Shown piece after piece: positions 39,106 through 49,487 of a DNA stretch of 64,000 bases. A program made the position numbers and the translations under genes. Positions within the stretch are counted from its first letter, which is position 1. Each line of letters starts with the position of its first letter. The notes beneath the pieces are model-generated. The model made no database searches. It had not been told where the DNA came from and was given only the letters and a program-made list of their open reading frames with translations. The stretch comes from an uncultured delta proteobacterium (GTDB taxonomy: Bacteria > Desulfobacterota > Desulfuromonadia > Geobacterales > Pseudopelobacteraceae): positions 48,782 through 112,781 of the forward strand of contig CAVYYZ010000006.1 in NCBI GenBank assembly GCA_963772835.1, written 5' to 3'.

Positions 39106-39880
39106 AATACTGTTTGTGGGGGATATCGTCGGAAAGCCCGGCCGTCAGGCGTTGTCGCGTGAACTGCATCGCCTGGTGGACCGGCACTCGATCGATATCG
39201 TGATTGCCAATGGTGAAAATGCCGCCGGTGGTTTCGGGCTGACGGTCGAGGTTGCCAAGGAACTATTCGGTCACGGAATCCATCTGCTGACCGGCGGCAA
39301 CCACATCTGGGACAAAAAAGAACAGGTGCCGCTGATTTTCGCCGACCGGCGCATTCTTCGCCCGGCCAATTATCCTGCCGGTGCGCCTGGAGTCGGGAGT
39401 ACCGTTCTGTCAACTCCCGGGGGGGTCAAGGTCGCGGTTCTCAATCTGGAAGGGCGGGTTTTTATGAAAACCCTTGAGTGCCCTTTTCTGGTTGCCGACC
39501 GGGAAATAAAGCGCCTCAAGCTGGAGACTCCGATTATCTTTGTCGATTTTCACGCAGAGGCCACATCAGAGAAGTCGGCAATGGGGTGGTATCTGGATGG
39601 GCAGATCAGCGCTCTGGTCGGGACCCACACCCATGTGCAGACCGCCGACGAGCGGATCCTGCCGCAGGGAACGGCTTTTTTGACTGACGCCGGCATGACC
39701 GGCAGCTTTGATTCGGTCATCGGCATGGGGAAGGAAGAAACTATCCACCGTTTTTTGACGCAGCTGCCGGCCAAGTTTGAAGTCGGCAAGAAGGATATCC
39801 GTCTGAATGCGGTCGTGATCGGTGTTGATGAACAGAATGGCAAAGCGGTAAGTATTGAGCGTATTAATATCGGTTGCTAA
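39095..39880 (+). CDS. ymdB: YmdB-family metallophosphoesterase
   Basis: [32 protein letters not shown]. Confidence 0.93.
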   Translation: MPVKILFVGDIVGKPGRQALSRELHRLVDRHSIDIVIANGENAAGGFGLTVEVAKELFGHGIHLLTGGNHIWDKKEQVPLIFADRRILRPANYPAGAPGVGSTVLSTPGGVKVAVLNLEGRVFMKTLECPFLVADREIKRLKLETPIIFVDFHAEATSEKSAMGWYLDGQISALVGTHTHVQTADERILPQGTAFLTDAGMTGSFDSVIGMGKEETIHRFLTQLPAKFEVGKKDIRLNAVVIGVDEQNGKAVSIERINIGC

Positions 39881-39890
39881 ATCAAAATCC

Positions 39891-39972
39891 ACCACGGAGT
39901 TACGGAGACGCGGAGTAAATTCATAATTTATGAATACGTTCCGGTTTTCTCTGCGCTTCGTGCCTTTGTGGT
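39891..39972 (+). repeat. Intergenic inverted-repeat element with periodic arms
   Basis: ACCACGGAGTTACGGAGACGCGGAG pairs with CTCTGCGCTTCGTGCCTTTGTGGT using five G-U wobbles, one mismatch and one bulge on the + strand. Confidence 0.7.
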
Positions 39973-40000
39973 AAATTGTTTTGAGGTTCTCTCTATGAAT

Positions 40001-41212
40001 ATGTCCGTAGCCGAACAGATGGCCGTCATTAAGCGCGGTGCAGTTGAAGTCCTGATCGAAAAAGAAATGGAAGAAAAGCTGGCAAAGTCTCTTTCGACCG
40101 GAAAACCGTTGGTAATCAAAGCCGGCTTTGATCCGACCGCTCCCGATCTGCATCTGGGGCATACGGTTCTGATACAGAAGCTGCGTCATTTCCAGCTTCT
40201 GGGACATGAGGTCAATTTTCTGATCGGTGACTTCACCGGTATGATCGGCGATCCAACCGGCAAGTCCGAAACCCGCAAGGTGTTGACCCGTGAGGATGTG
40301 TTGAGCAACGCGGAAACATACAAGGAACAGGTTTTTAAGATCCTTGACCCGGAAAAGACCAAGGTTGTCTTCAACTCGACCTGGCTGAACGAATTGGGGT
40401 CGGCGGGCATGATCGCCCTGGCCTCCAAGTGCACCATGGCCCGAATGCTCGAGCGGGACGACTTTCACAAGCGCTTTACCTCCCAGCAGCCGATTGCCAT
40501 CCATGAGTTTCTCTACCCGTTGGTGCAGGGGTATGATTCCGTTGCCATGAAGGCCGATGTCGAACTGGGGGGGACGGACCAGAAGTTTAACCTGCTGATG
40601 GGGCGCGAACTGCAGAGAGAGTGGGGGCAGGCGCCCCAGTGCATCCTGACCATGCCGCTTTTGGAAGGGCTGGACGGCGTCAACAAGATGTCAAAATCAC
40701 TGGGCAACTACATTGGCGTCAGCGATCCGGGAGACGAAATATTCGGCAAGATCATGTCTATCTCTGACGATTTGATGTTGCGCTACTTTGAACTCCTTTC
40801 CGACATGACCCTGGCGGAAATTGAGGTTCTGAAGCGTGATCTTAAGGATCATTCGCTGCATCCGATGGCCGCCAAGAAACAGCTGGGGCGAGAGATGGTT
40901 TCCCGCTTCCACGGTGCCGGTGCCGGGGAGATTGCCGAGGAAAACTTTGTCAAACGCTTCAAGGAGAACGAGATTCCGGAAGAGATGCCGCAGGTCAGTT
41001 TTGCCATGACCGACGGTGTAGTTCTGCTTGCCAGAGCCATGACCGAAGCCGGGCTTACCAAGTCGAACGGAGAAGGGCGCCGTGCGATCGATCAGGGAGG
41101 GGTCAAGCTGAATGGTGAGAAGGTCAGTGACACCAATCTGGAATTGACGGCTGCGGGGGAATACATCGTCCAGATCGGTCGGCGGCGGTTTGCGAGGATT
41201 GTGGTTTCGTAG
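40001..41212 (+). CDS. tyrS: Tyrosine--tRNA ligase
   Basis: [19 protein letters not shown]-terminal S4 domain; start at 39995 or 40001. Confidence 0.96.
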   Translation: MSVAEQMAVIKRGAVEVLIEKEMEEKLAKSLSTGKPLVIKAGFDPTAPDLHLGHTVLIQKLRHFQLLGHEVNFLIGDFTGMIGDPTGKSETRKVLTREDVLSNAETYKEQVFKILDPEKTKVVFNSTWLNELGSAGMIALASKCTMARMLERDDFHKRFTSQQPIAIHEFLYPLVQGYDSVAMKADVELGGTDQKFNLLMGRELQREWGQAPQCILTMPLLEGLDGVNKMSKSLGNYIGVSDPGDEIFGKIMSISDDLMLRYFELLSDMTLAEIEVLKRDLKDHSLHPMAAKKQLGREMVSRFHGAGAGEIAEENFVKRFKENEIPEEMPQVSFAMTDGVVLLARAMTEAGLTKSNGEGRRAIDQGGVKLNGEKVSDTNLELTAAGEYIVQIGRRRFARIVVS

Positions 41213-41230
41213 GCCGGTTTATTTAATCGG

Positions 41231-41272
41231 ATACAATTGGGGGCCGGCGGAAACGCCGGCCCCCAATTGTAT
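41231..41272. terminator. Stem-loop terminator between convergent tyrS and rnj
   Basis: Perfect 19-bp stem with a GAAA loop. Confidence 0.75.
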
Positions 41273-41292
41273 GAAAGCGGGATTAAAGCCTG

Positions 41293-42966
41293 CTACATCT
41301 CCATGATTACCGGCAGTATCACCGGCCTGCGCTCGATGGTCTTCTTGCAGAAGCGACGCAACGCCTGGCGTACGGCGGTCTTGACCTCATCGGCATCACA
41401 GCGCATTTCAGTGTTGATCTCCTCCAGCGCGAACACCACCACCTTGCGGGCATCTTCAAGATACTCCTGGCTCTCATCCTCGAAGACAAAACCGCGCGAG
41501 ACGATATCCGGGCCGTAAATAATGGCGCCTGTCGTCATGTTGAGTCCGATGATGACCACAATCATACCGTCCTCCGAGAGATGCTTGCGGTCTCTCAGTA
41601 CCATCCTTCCGACATCACCGACCCCTTTGCCGTCAACAAAAACCCTGCCGGACTCTATATGCTCCACAATCGCAGCGGTATCGGAATAAAATGAAACGAC
41701 TTCACCGTTGGTCGCCAGAATGCAGCGCTCTTTGGGAATGCCGACCGCATGTGCCAGCTGGATGTGTTTGACCAGATGGCGATATTCGCCATGAATCGGA
41801 ATGAAAAAGCGCGGCCGCACGGTATTGAGCATCAGCTTGAGCTCTTCCTGGCTGGCGTGACCTGATACGTGCACTTCAGATACTCTTTCATGGAATACTT
41901 CGGCCCCGCGACGGTAAAGATGGTTGATCAGCTCCGAAATCGTGCGCTCATTGCCAGGGATGACTCTCGAGGAGAGGATGACGGTGTCACCTCTCTCCAG
42001 CTTGATCTGTTTGTGATCGTCCATGGCGATGCGGGTCAGAGCGCTCATCGGCTCCCCCTGACTGCCGGTGGAAATAATGCATACCTGCTCCGGCGGCAGG
42101 TGCGGGAGTTCACGTAAATCCATCAGCTGTTCATCGGCCACCGTCAAATAGCCCAAATCCCGGGCGATCTGAACATTTTTAATCATTGAGCGTCCGTTCA
42201 GCAGTATCTTGCGGCCGCAGCGGGCCGCAACATCGACGACCTGCTGAACGCGGTGAATACTGCTGGAGAATGCTGCAACGATGATCCGGCCGGGACATTT
42301 CGGGAAAATATCGCCGAAGGCTTCACCGACATATTTCTCGGAAAGTGTGTACCCTTCCCGTTCCACATTGGTTGAATCAGAAAGCAGTGCCAGCACTCCC
42401 GCTTCACCGTAGCGGGACAGGCTTGCCAGGTCGGTCAGCTGGCCGTCAACCGGGGTGTGATCAATCTTGAAATCACCCGTGTGAATGACCACACCCTCCG
42501 GGCAGGTTATCGCGAGGGCGCAGCCGTCAACGATGGAGTGAGCTACACGCAGGAACTCGACCTGAAAACAACCGATATGTACGGTGTCCCGCGGTTTTAC
42601 CGTTATCAGTTGAACCGATCCGTCCAGTTTATACTCTTCAAGTTTAGCAGTAACCAGGCCGAGAGTAAGAGCGGTGCCGTATACCGGGACGTTCAGTTCC
42701 TGCAGCACAAAGGGGAGGGCGCCAATGTGGTCCTCGTGTCCGTGTGTAAGACAGATCGCACGGACATGTTCTGATCGCTCGCGAAGCCAGCTTATATCAG
42801 GGATAACGTAGTCAATACCGAGCATGTCGGGGGAGGGAAACATCAGGCCGCAATCGACGATCATAATGTCGTCACCATGCTGGTAGGCCATCATGTTCAT
42901 GCCGATTTCGCCTAACCCGCCGAGGGCTACAATCTGAAGTGCAGAATATGATTCTATTTCATCCAT
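41293..42966 (-). CDS. rnj: Ribonuclease J
   Basis: GGLGEIGMN, THGHEDHIG, GSQGEP, HVSGHA, PIHGEYRH. Confidence 0.96.
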   Translation of the reverse strand: MDEIESYSALQIVALGGLGEIGMNMMAYQHGDDIMIVDCGLMFPSPDMLGIDYVIPDISWLRERSEHVRAICLTHGHEDHIGALPFVLQELNVPVYGTALTLGLVTAKLEEYKLDGSVQLITVKPRDTVHIGCFQVEFLRVAHSIVDGCALAITCPEGVVIHTGDFKIDHTPVDGQLTDLASLSRYGEAGVLALLSDSTNVEREGYTLSEKYVGEAFGDIFPKCPGRIIVAAFSSSIHRVQQVVDVAARCGRKILLNGRSMIKNVQIARDLGYLTVADEQLMDLRELPHLPPEQVCIISTGSQGEPMSALTRIAMDDHKQIKLERGDTVILSSRVIPGNERTISELINHLYRRGAEVFHERVSEVHVSGHASQEELKLMLNTVRPRFFIPIHGEYRHLVKHIQLAHAVGIPKERCILATNGEVVSFYSDTAAIVEHIESGRVFVDGKGVGDVGRMVLRDRKHLSEDGMIVVIIGLNMTTGAIIYGPDIVSRGFVFEDESQEYLEDARKVVVFALEEINTEMRCDADEVKTAVRQALRRFCKKTIERRPVILPVIMEM

Positions 42967-42969
42967 AGG

Positions 42970-43371
42970 TTATCTTTCTTGTTGCAGAGGTATAAGAGAA
43001 AAGATTTTTTTATCACATTGTGCAATCCAGAGCGTGCCGGGAGTAACCAGCCAGTGATCGGCGTAAAAGGAACTCCGCAGCGCCCGGTATGCAATAAGGG
43101 CGCGGTCAACATCTCCCCGGCGTTCATTGGTTTCCCCAATCTGCCATAATCTCCCGGCCGCTTTTTCGATTGCCGGGTGAAACGGGATATACATATGCAG
43201 TGCGGACTCAAACCCGGCGACAGCACCGGCAAAATCTCCCCTGGTGAACGCTGCCTCACCCTGGTCGAATTGACTGTTCAGCCGCCACCAGGTTCCCGCT
43301 AAAAACATCAGAAGAGAGATCAGGATGATGACGATGCCGTTGGCTATTATATGTTTTATCTTTTCATTCAT
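42970..43371 (-). CDS. Membrane-anchored helical (TPR-like) hypothetical protein
   Basis: N-terminal TM, then GEAAFTRGDFAGAVAGF helices; start MNEKIK with GGAG RBS. Confidence 0.65.
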   Translation of the reverse strand: MNEKIKHIIANGIVIILISLLMFLAGTWWRLNSQFDQGEAAFTRGDFAGAVAGFESALHMYIPFHPAIEKAAGRLWQIGETNERRGDVDRALIAYRALRSSFYADHWLVTPGTLWIAQCDKKIFSLIPLQQER

Positions 43372-43454
43372 CAGATTAGCTCCCCCTGAAAAAAGGGATA
43401 CGTACGTGTACAAAAACATCTCGGCACACATGCCGCAGAAATATTTTTATCGTA

Positions 43455-43637
43455 CTAAAAAAAACCGGGAATAAGGATCAAAAGGACGCCCAGAGCAAAG
43501 GCGATCACTCCGCAGAGTACAACGGCAGCAGCGGCACTGTCAAAGGGGCTCTTCAAACGGTGCGCAGCCGGCAGCCCCCAGGCCATGCATGCCAGGCCGG
43601 CAATAACCAGCGGTATATACTGATAGCCGATGTCCAA
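43455..43637 (-). CDS. Small two-TM membrane protein
   Basis: 60 aa, two hydrophobic segments, abuts the plsC stop. Confidence 0.6.
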   Translation of the reverse strand: MDIGYQYIPLVIAGLACMAWGLPAAHRLKSPFDSAAAAVVLCGVIAFALGVLLILIPGFF

Positions 43638-44342
43638 TTAATGCTCCAGTACGGATTCGATCGTTACTCTTACCGTCTCCAGCAGCCAGGTCTCAGCCTC
43701 GCTCCGTCGGAGTCCTGAAGGAATTATAACCGGAGGGTGCAGGGTAATGGTGATATCTCCGCTATACAGTCTGATCTGCCCCGCCGGATTTATCCTGCCG
43801 CTGCCGTTTATGGTAACCGGAACCACCGGGACATCTGCCTTGCGGGCCAGGATGAACCCGCCACGCTTGAATGGAAGCAGATTGCCGTCCGTTGTGCGGG
43901 TCCCCTCGGGAAACAGTACCACGCTTTTGCCCTGATGAATCGTAGCAGCTGCATCATCGATACTCTGCAGCGCCTTGCGGCCATCGCCGCGATCAAGGGG
44001 TATATACCCGCCGCGCCGCATGGAGGGGCCGAACACCGGAATTTCGAAGAGTTCTTTCTTGGCGATCCAGTAAAACTGCCGCGGCATGGCAGCCAGCAGC
44101 GACAAAATATCGAAGTTGCTCTGATGGTTGCTCATAAAAATTACCGGTCCATCAGGGAGATGTTCGCTTCCCGTAACCGTAACCTTTATCAGATTCAGCG
44201 CCAGTCCCAGCCGTCCCCAGAGTCGGGCATGCCGGGCATAGATCCGGCCGCTTGAATCAAACAGCGTCGAAATAATAGCGCTGATTGAAAAAAGAAATGT
44301 CAGAGGAATAAAAACAGCCAGGTAAAGGTATGCGCGAGCCAT
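43638..44342 (-). CDS. plsC: 1-acyl-sn-glycerol-3-phosphate acyltransferase
   Basis: NHQSNFD (HxxxxD), FPEGTR. Confidence 0.92.
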   Translation of the reverse strand: MARAYLYLAVFIPLTFLFSISAIISTLFDSSGRIYARHARLWGRLGLALNLIKVTVTGSEHLPDGPVIFMSNHQSNFDILSLLAAMPRQFYWIAKKELFEIPVFGPSMRRGGYIPLDRGDGRKALQSIDDAAATIHQGKSVVLFPEGTRTTDGNLLPFKRGGFILARKADVPVVPVTINGSGRINPAGQIRLYSGDITITLHPPVIIPSGLRRSEAETWLLETVRVTIESVLEH

Positions 44343-44428
44343 CTCGAACTCCTCGAATAAACTCTGACAAATTATATGTTTATCAGAGGTGAGTCAAACA
44401 AATTCTCGAAGAATGGCGACGACATAGT

Positions 44429-44752
44429 CTAATCTAGGGTTGTACGGAGGCGTTTTTTTTCAGATGTGATCCTTTTCCCGGAGAGACGATTTTCTTTTGC
44501 CCGTTTCGGCACACGGGTGGAGATCCGCTTCTTTACCTTCCGCTCGCGCCGTTCCAACGCAACACGGAGACGCTCCATTGCAACCTCACGGTTTTGATAC
44601 TGGGAACGATTTTCCGAGGCCTGGGCGACAATACCGGTCGGCAGATGACGGATGCGAACGGCAGAGTCGGTCGTGTTGCGATGCTGCCCACCCGGACCGG
44701 AGCCGCGGTAAAATTCGACTTTTATATCAGCTTCGCGAATTTCAATTGTCAT
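44429..44752 (-). CDS. Short release-factor-like peptidyl-tRNA hydrolase (ArfB-like)
   Basis: [21 protein letters not shown] and a very basic C-terminal tail; no codon-recognition domain. Confidence 0.8.
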   Translation of the reverse strand: MTIEIREADIKVEFYRGSGPGGQHRNTTDSAVRIRHLPTGIVAQASENRSQYQNREVAMERLRVALERRERKVKKRISTRVPKRAKENRLSGKRITSEKKRLRTTLD

Positions 44753-44759
44753 TGGATGC

Positions 44760-45968
44760 TCATGCCTTCACACATATGGCATATTTAAGGTAGCGTCCTT
44801 CCGGGAAGGTTACCGGATAAGGGAAATCTTCCGGTTGGCCGAGCAGTGAGACCACCCGCAAGTCGCCACCGGACTGGAGTGCTCCGCGGCGCAGTTCTTT
44901 GAGGTACTCCGCAGTATCAACTTTCTGATGATTGGATGATGTGATCATTATGCCGTTGTCCGTCAGCATGGGCAGGGCCGCCGCTACCAGGTCAGAGGTA
45001 CCGCCGCGGGTGGTGAAACGGCTCCTGGCCGTTGTGGAAAAAGAGGGCGGATCCATGATTATCACATCAAAACTTTTTCCGCTCTGTGCCAGCCTGCCCA
45101 CTACTGACAGGCAGTCGCCGACAATGAACTCATGCTGCCGCGGATTAAGCCGGTTTGCAGCGAAGTTGTCTCTGGCCCAGTCAGTGTAGCCGGCAGAGGC
45201 ATCCACGCTTGTCACCTGTGACGCGCCGGCAGAGGCAGCCGCTACAGAAAAAGCTCCGGTATAGGAGAACAGGTTGAGTACACGTTTTCCCTCCACCCGC
45301 CGCATCAGATCGCGACGGTTGCGGCGCTGATCGAGAAACAGTCCCGTGTTCAGCCCCTGCTCAAGGCTTACGATAAAGGTGAGACCGTTCTCCAGAACAT
45401 TCAATCTCCGGGGTGCCGCTTTTCCGGCCAGCAGTCTGCCGTAACTTTTGCTGTCACTGACCGCTTCCAGTTCACGGGTTTTCTGCGGGCGGTTTTTTTC
45501 GTATATACCGTGAGGGTCCAGAAGCTCCTGCAGAATCTGTGTCACCTGTTTCAGATGCGGCCGCCATGCTGCACTGTAGAGCTGCAGCATCAGAAAGTCT
45601 CCGTACCGGTCGACCGTCAGTCCCGGCAGGCCATCTCCCTCGGCGTTCACTACGCGATATGCTGTAGAATCGTTCAGATCGGCATGATAGAGACGCAGAT
45701 GTATGGCATTTCGCAGTCGTTCCGTCAGCCAGGGACGATCAAGCTGTATCCGCTTCCGGTCCAATACCCTGGCAATTATCCGTTCGTCCGGTTCAAGCAG
45801 AGCCGTGGCCAAAAAGCGTCCCTGGCTGTCGCACAGATTTACGGTCTGGCCGGGACTGCCGTCCGGCCACTTCCGGGTATAGGCGTCAGCGACGACCCAG
45901 GGGTGCCCCAGTTCCACCATTCTGGCCGTTTCTGGGCCGACAATTCGTGCTGTATCCTTTGTGTTCAC
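44760..45968 (-). CDS. SAM-dependent rRNA methyltransferase (RlmI/RlmK-like)
   Basis: [42 protein letters not shown] start with GGAG RBS. Confidence 0.85.
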   Translation of the reverse strand: MNTKDTARIVGPETARMVELGHPWVVADAYTRKWPDGSPGQTVNLCDSQGRFLATALLEPDERIIARVLDRKRIQLDRPWLTERLRNAIHLRLYHADLNDSTAYRVVNAEGDGLPGLTVDRYGDFLMLQLYSAAWRPHLKQVTQILQELLDPHGIYEKNRPQKTRELEAVSDSKSYGRLLAGKAAPRRLNVLENGLTFIVSLEQGLNTGLFLDQRRNRRDLMRRVEGKRVLNLFSYTGAFSVAAASAGASQVTSVDASAGYTDWARDNFAANRLNPRQHEFIVGDCLSVVGRLAQSGKSFDVIIMDPPSFSTTARSRFTTRGGTSDLVAAALPMLTDNGIMITSSNHQKVDTAEYLKELRRGALQSGGDLRVVSLLGQPEDFPYPVTFPEGRYLKYAICVKA

Positions 45969-45984
45969 AGGGTTCTCCGTCACA

Positions 45985-46482
45985 TTATTTTGAGAATCTG
46001 TTCCCGCAATCTTCCTGACCGCCGCGGATCTTTTCGACGGCGTGACCGAGCGTCGGCCAGATCGCCTCCAGATTTTCCAGTGCACCTCTTGGACTGCCCG
46101 GGAGGTTGATGATCAACGACTGATTGCGGATACCCGCTACAGCGCGGGACAGGGAAGCCATCGGAGTTTTTTCAAGGCTCCTGATGCGCATCAGTTCGCC
46201 GAGACCCGGGATAACACGCTCCACGACCCGTAGCGTTGCTTCAGGAGTGATATCCCGGGGTGAAACGCCGGTACCGCCGGTTGTCAGGATCAGGTCGGCC
46301 ACATCGGTGTCGGCCCATTCCGTGAGCACTTCCACAATCTGATCAAACTCATCAGCAATGATCTGCAGCAGAACGGTCTGTACCCCGCGCTCCGCCAGCC
46401 AGGCCGCCAATGCAGGGCCGCTTTCGTCAACCCGTTCTCCCCGGGAACCTTTGTCGCTTAAGGTCAGGATAGCAGCTCTCAT
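45985..46482 (-). CDS. mog: Molybdopterin adenylyltransferase (MogA/MoaB family)
   Basis: LTLSD, TTGGTGVSPRDITPEA, SRAVAG, NLPGSP; start MRAAIL with AGGAGG. Confidence 0.9.
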   Translation of the reverse strand: MRAAILTLSDKGSRGERVDESGPALAAWLAERGVQTVLLQIIADEFDQIVEVLTEWADTDVADLILTTGGTGVSPRDITPEATLRVVERVIPGLGELMRIRSLEKTPMASLSRAVAGIRNQSLIINLPGSPRGALENLEAIWPTLGHAVEKIRGGQEDCGNRFSK

Positions 46483-46634
46483 TACTTTTCCTCCTGCAGA
46501 TTGTGCGTTGTCAACACAGAACCTGCGCTGTTTTATGTACTCATCCATCAATAGCTGCGAATGGAGTTGCAGTATAGTGCAGTTGCCAATCGAGGTCCAT
46601 GTGATTGTGGCGTGTGATTCGTTATTGCATCTTA

Positions 46635-46650
46635 GATGCATTTATGCATA
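46635..46650. promoter_or_regulatory. Imperfect palindrome, candidate activator autoregulatory site
   Basis: GATGCATTTATGCATA, 14/16 identical to the core of the palindrome at 48567. Confidence 0.45.
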
Positions 46651-46758
46651 ATGCCGTGACAGAGTCTGTCCGGATGAATTGACGCGTGACATACCTCTCA
46701 TAACCTGTGACCGTATATTCCCGCCACATATCTGTAACTTTATAGCGAGGTCCCTGAA

Positions 46759-48540
46759 ATGTCAGTAAAAATCGCCCCTGCTCCGGGTGCCGGCGCCATC
46801 AACTCCGTCAGTACACTTCACGTTGACAGTTTCAGCCAGGCACTGGTTGACGCCATGGGAGTCGGCTTTCTGGCGGTAAACACCTCGGGATTCACCATTC
46901 TGTCCAATCATATCGCCCGTGAGAGTTTAGGAACGTATTCAGGCGCCGATCTGAAAGAAGTATTTCCCGAGTTGTGGCCAAAAACCCAACAGATACTAAC
47001 GGGGAGAAAACAAAACAGTGAATTTACGCTGCGTCGGGAAAAGAAAAACTATCTGATCAGAATCAATCCGATAGCAATCGATTCTGAGCAGGTCGGGGCG
47101 ATCTGTGTATTTGTTGAGAGTTCCGGACTGGAAGAAATGGCGATGCAGATGAGTTTCTTTCAGGAGATCATCGGGGAGCTGGAGGCCGTTATCAATTCAT
47201 CATCAGAAGGGCTCTGGATTTGCGATGGCGAGGCCACCGTCCTTCGCATGAACCCGGCATCGGAGCGGATCCATGGCGTCAGGGCGGAAGATGTAATCGG
47301 CCGCAATATGCAGGATCTGGTCAATGAAGGCTTTATTGACAAGTCTGCCACTCTTGAGGTGATCAAGGCGGGAAGTGTAGTAAACATCCTGCAGCATAGG
47401 CAGGGGAGAAAACTGGTCATAACCGGAACACCTGTCTATGATCCGGCCGGGAGGCTGATCAGGGTTGTGTCAAGTGTCCGGGATATTACCGAGATTGAAA
47501 CCATGCAGCGGGAACTGGAGGAGCAGGAGGCGATGAAAGACCAACTGCGCAATCATATGCTGGAACTTCAGCATATTGAGCTGGCCTCGAGACGGGTCAT
47601 TGCCAAAAGCCCCTGCATGCTGAAGAGTCTCAGGCAGGCAATAAAAGTAGGGTCTGTTGATTCGTCCGTGCTTCTTCTCGGGGAGTCCGGAGTAGGAAAA
47701 GGGCTTATCGCAGATATAATCCATAAAAACTCATATCGTTCTGAAAAACCGATCATCAGAATAAACTGCGGTGCCATTCCCGATTCACTGATTGAATCTG
47801 AGCTTTTCGGCTATGAAAAAGGTGCGTTTACCGGAGCCAAAACGGGCGGTAAACCAGGTTATCTGGAGCTCGCAGACGGCGGCACTCTTTTTCTGGATGA
47901 AATTGCCGAACTGCCATCTCCTTCCCAGGTAAAGCTGCTCCGTTTTCTGGAAGATGGCCGCATTACGAGGCTGGGGGCCACCACAAGCCGTACGGTCGAT
48001 GTACGGATCCTTGCGGCCACACACAGAAACCTGGAAGAGATGATCGAACAGGGCACGTTCAGGCGTGATCTCTATTACCGCCTGAAGGTCGTACCGATAA
48101 GTATTCCGGCGGTCAGGGAACGCAAGGATTGTATCCTCCCGCTTATCGACCATTATATCAACTATTTCGCGACGAAGAACGGCACATTCAAACGTCTCAC
48201 CCGCTTCGCTTCTGATGCTCTGTTATCATACCCGTACCCCGGAAATGTACGCGAATTGATGAATATCTGTGAACGGCTGGTGGTCATGTCAGAAACAGAA
48301 TTGATCGATCTCAAGGATCTTCCGAGTGATATCGTTCCAAACACTAAAGATGTGACTGTCGATACTGTCGAGTGGACAAGCGATATGACTCTCCAACAGG
48401 CGCTGGACAGTCTCGAACGTAAAATGCTCGTCCAGTCCCTGCAGATGCACGGCAATCAGAGGCGCATGGCCGCTGCACTGGGTATTAATCAGTCAACAAT
48501 TGCCCGCAAACTTGAAAAACATGGTTTGAATGGAACGTGA
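46759..48540 (+). CDS. Sigma54-dependent transcriptional activator (PAS-PAS-AAA+-HTH)
   Basis: GESGVGK, ELFGYEKGAFTGA, FLDEI, YPGNVREL, C-terminal HTH. Confidence 0.95.
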   Translation: MSVKIAPAPGAGAINSVSTLHVDSFSQALVDAMGVGFLAVNTSGFTILSNHIARESLGTYSGADLKEVFPELWPKTQQILTGRKQNSEFTLRREKKNYLIRINPIAIDSEQVGAICVFVESSGLEEMAMQMSFFQEIIGELEAVINSSSEGLWICDGEATVLRMNPASERIHGVRAEDVIGRNMQDLVNEGFIDKSATLEVIKAGSVVNILQHRQGRKLVITGTPVYDPAGRLIRVVSSVRDITEIETMQRELEEQEAMKDQLRNHMLELQHIELASRRVIAKSPCMLKSLRQAIKVGSVDSSVLLLGESGVGKGLIADIIHKNSYRSEKPIIRINCGAIPDSLIESELFGYEKGAFTGAKTGGKPGYLELADGGTLFLDEIAELPSPSQVKLLRFLEDGRITRLGATTSRTVDVRILAATHRNLEEMIEQGTFRRDLYYRLKVVPISIPAVRERKDCILPLIDHYINYFATKNGTFKRLTRFASDALLSYPYPGNVRELMNICERLVVMSETELIDLKDLPSDIVPNTKDVTVDTVEWTSDMTLQQALDSLERKMLVQSLQMHGNQRRMAAALGINQSTIARKLEKHGLNGT

Positions 48541-48566
48541 ACCGCGATTATCCTTTCAGTGGATGG

Positions 48567-48584
48567 TGATGCATTAATGCATCA
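48567..48584. promoter_or_regulatory. Perfect 18-bp palindrome, candidate enhancer (UAS)
   Basis: TGATGCATTAATGCATCA, about 230 nt upstream of the sigma54 promoter. Confidence 0.55.
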
Positions 48585-48812
48585 AATAGTAACTCCAAGT
48601 GCGATTTTAAAATAATGTTTACAATATTTCACTCGATTGTTACAAAAAAGCACATACTTTAATTTTAAATACAATACGACGATAGCGGCAGAGTTGCACA
48701 ATTAACTTACCGTAATAGAATGTTTTTTAGTGAACGTATGTGTAAAACACGGAAAGATTTATAAACTAATACCCGCGAATATCCCCCCCCTGTCAGGTCT
48801 CTTTCAAACAAT

Positions 48813-48828
48813 TGGCACATTCAGTGCA
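48813..48828 (+). promoter_or_regulatory. Sigma54 (-24/-12) promoter
   Basis: TGGCACATTCAGTGCA = GG-N10-GC, downstream of an enhancer-binding protein gene and an AT-rich tract. Confidence 0.7.
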
Positions 48829-48879
48829 CAAATATCAACTGTCGTTCTGTTATATTGCTGCCGGAGGTAGACAGCGAGC

Positions 48880-48975
48880 ATGCGAAAATTATTATCCCTC
48901 CGAATGTTACACCGGTATTTGAAAAATCCGAGTCCTGTGGTTGAAAATTGCGCAGCATCTGGTAGCATCTTATGA
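48880..48975 (+). CDS. Putative 31-aa leader ORF
   Basis: MRKLLSLRMLHRYLKNPSPVVENCAASGSIL; GGAGG 12 nt upstream; ATGA overlap with the next gene. Confidence 0.3.
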   Translation: MRKLLSLRMLHRYLKNPSPVVENCAASGSIL

Positions 48976-49199
48976 ACATCACGGTAAAGCTGTATGCCTC
49001 GTTCCGGATGAAATGGGGTCAGGGAATTATAAGAGCTTGCCGCCCTGGAAGTACAATCGTTGATGTCGTCGCGGCCATCGGTATTCCGGACAATGAAAGC
49101 TTCGTCATTGTGTTGAACGGTCTCCACGCCTCTCTGGATGACTACCTGCATGAAGGGGATATTCTTTCGCTCATGCCGCTTGATTGTCCTCAAGAATAA
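48972..49199 (+). CDS. MoaD/ThiS-like ubiquitin-fold protein lacking the terminal GG
   Basis: MNITVKLYASFR...LNGLHA...LHEGDILSLMP, ending DCPQE. Confidence 0.7.
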   Translation: MNITVKLYASFRMKWGQGIIRACRPGSTIVDVVAAIGIPDNESFVIVLNGLHASLDDYLHEGDILSLMPLDCPQE

Positions 49200-49209
49200 G
49201 GGCATCTCA

Positions 49210-49434
49210 ATGTATGTAACCATAAAATTGATCGGCACATTCCAGCTCGGTCGCTTTAAAGAGTCGGTCTGTGAGTACCCATCCGGCACCCGAGTCCGGG
49301 AAGTGGTGGACGAACTCCTGATTCCCGGCCCGCTGCTGGGGGTCGTACTTATCAACGACCTTCATGCCAACGACAGCGATCTGCTCAATGATGGTGACAC
49401 CCTTTGCCTGCTCCCCTTCATAGACGGAGGGTAG
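49210..49434 (+). CDS. MoaD/ThiS-family sulfur carrier
   Basis: LNDGDTLCLLPFIDGG C-terminus. Confidence 0.85.
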   Translation: MYVTIKLIGTFQLGRFKESVCEYPSGTRVREVVDELLIPGPLLGVVLINDLHANDSDLLNDGDTLCLLPFIDGG

Positions 49435-49487
49435 CCCGACAATCTTTACCCGGTACAGTCTCAGTATCCATTACAAGGAGTAACGGC

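Noticed and set aside
37546..42966. RNase Y, YmdB and RNase J in a diderm as a sign of transfer from Firmicutes
   Set aside because: This complement is ordinary for this lineage and sits in a conserved housekeeping block.
46722..46747. ModE-box-like CGCCACATA-N8-TTTATAGCG between mog and the activator gene
   Set aside because: Half-sites resemble ModE boxes, but the spacing is 2 nt longer than the consensus I recall and the left half is degenerate.
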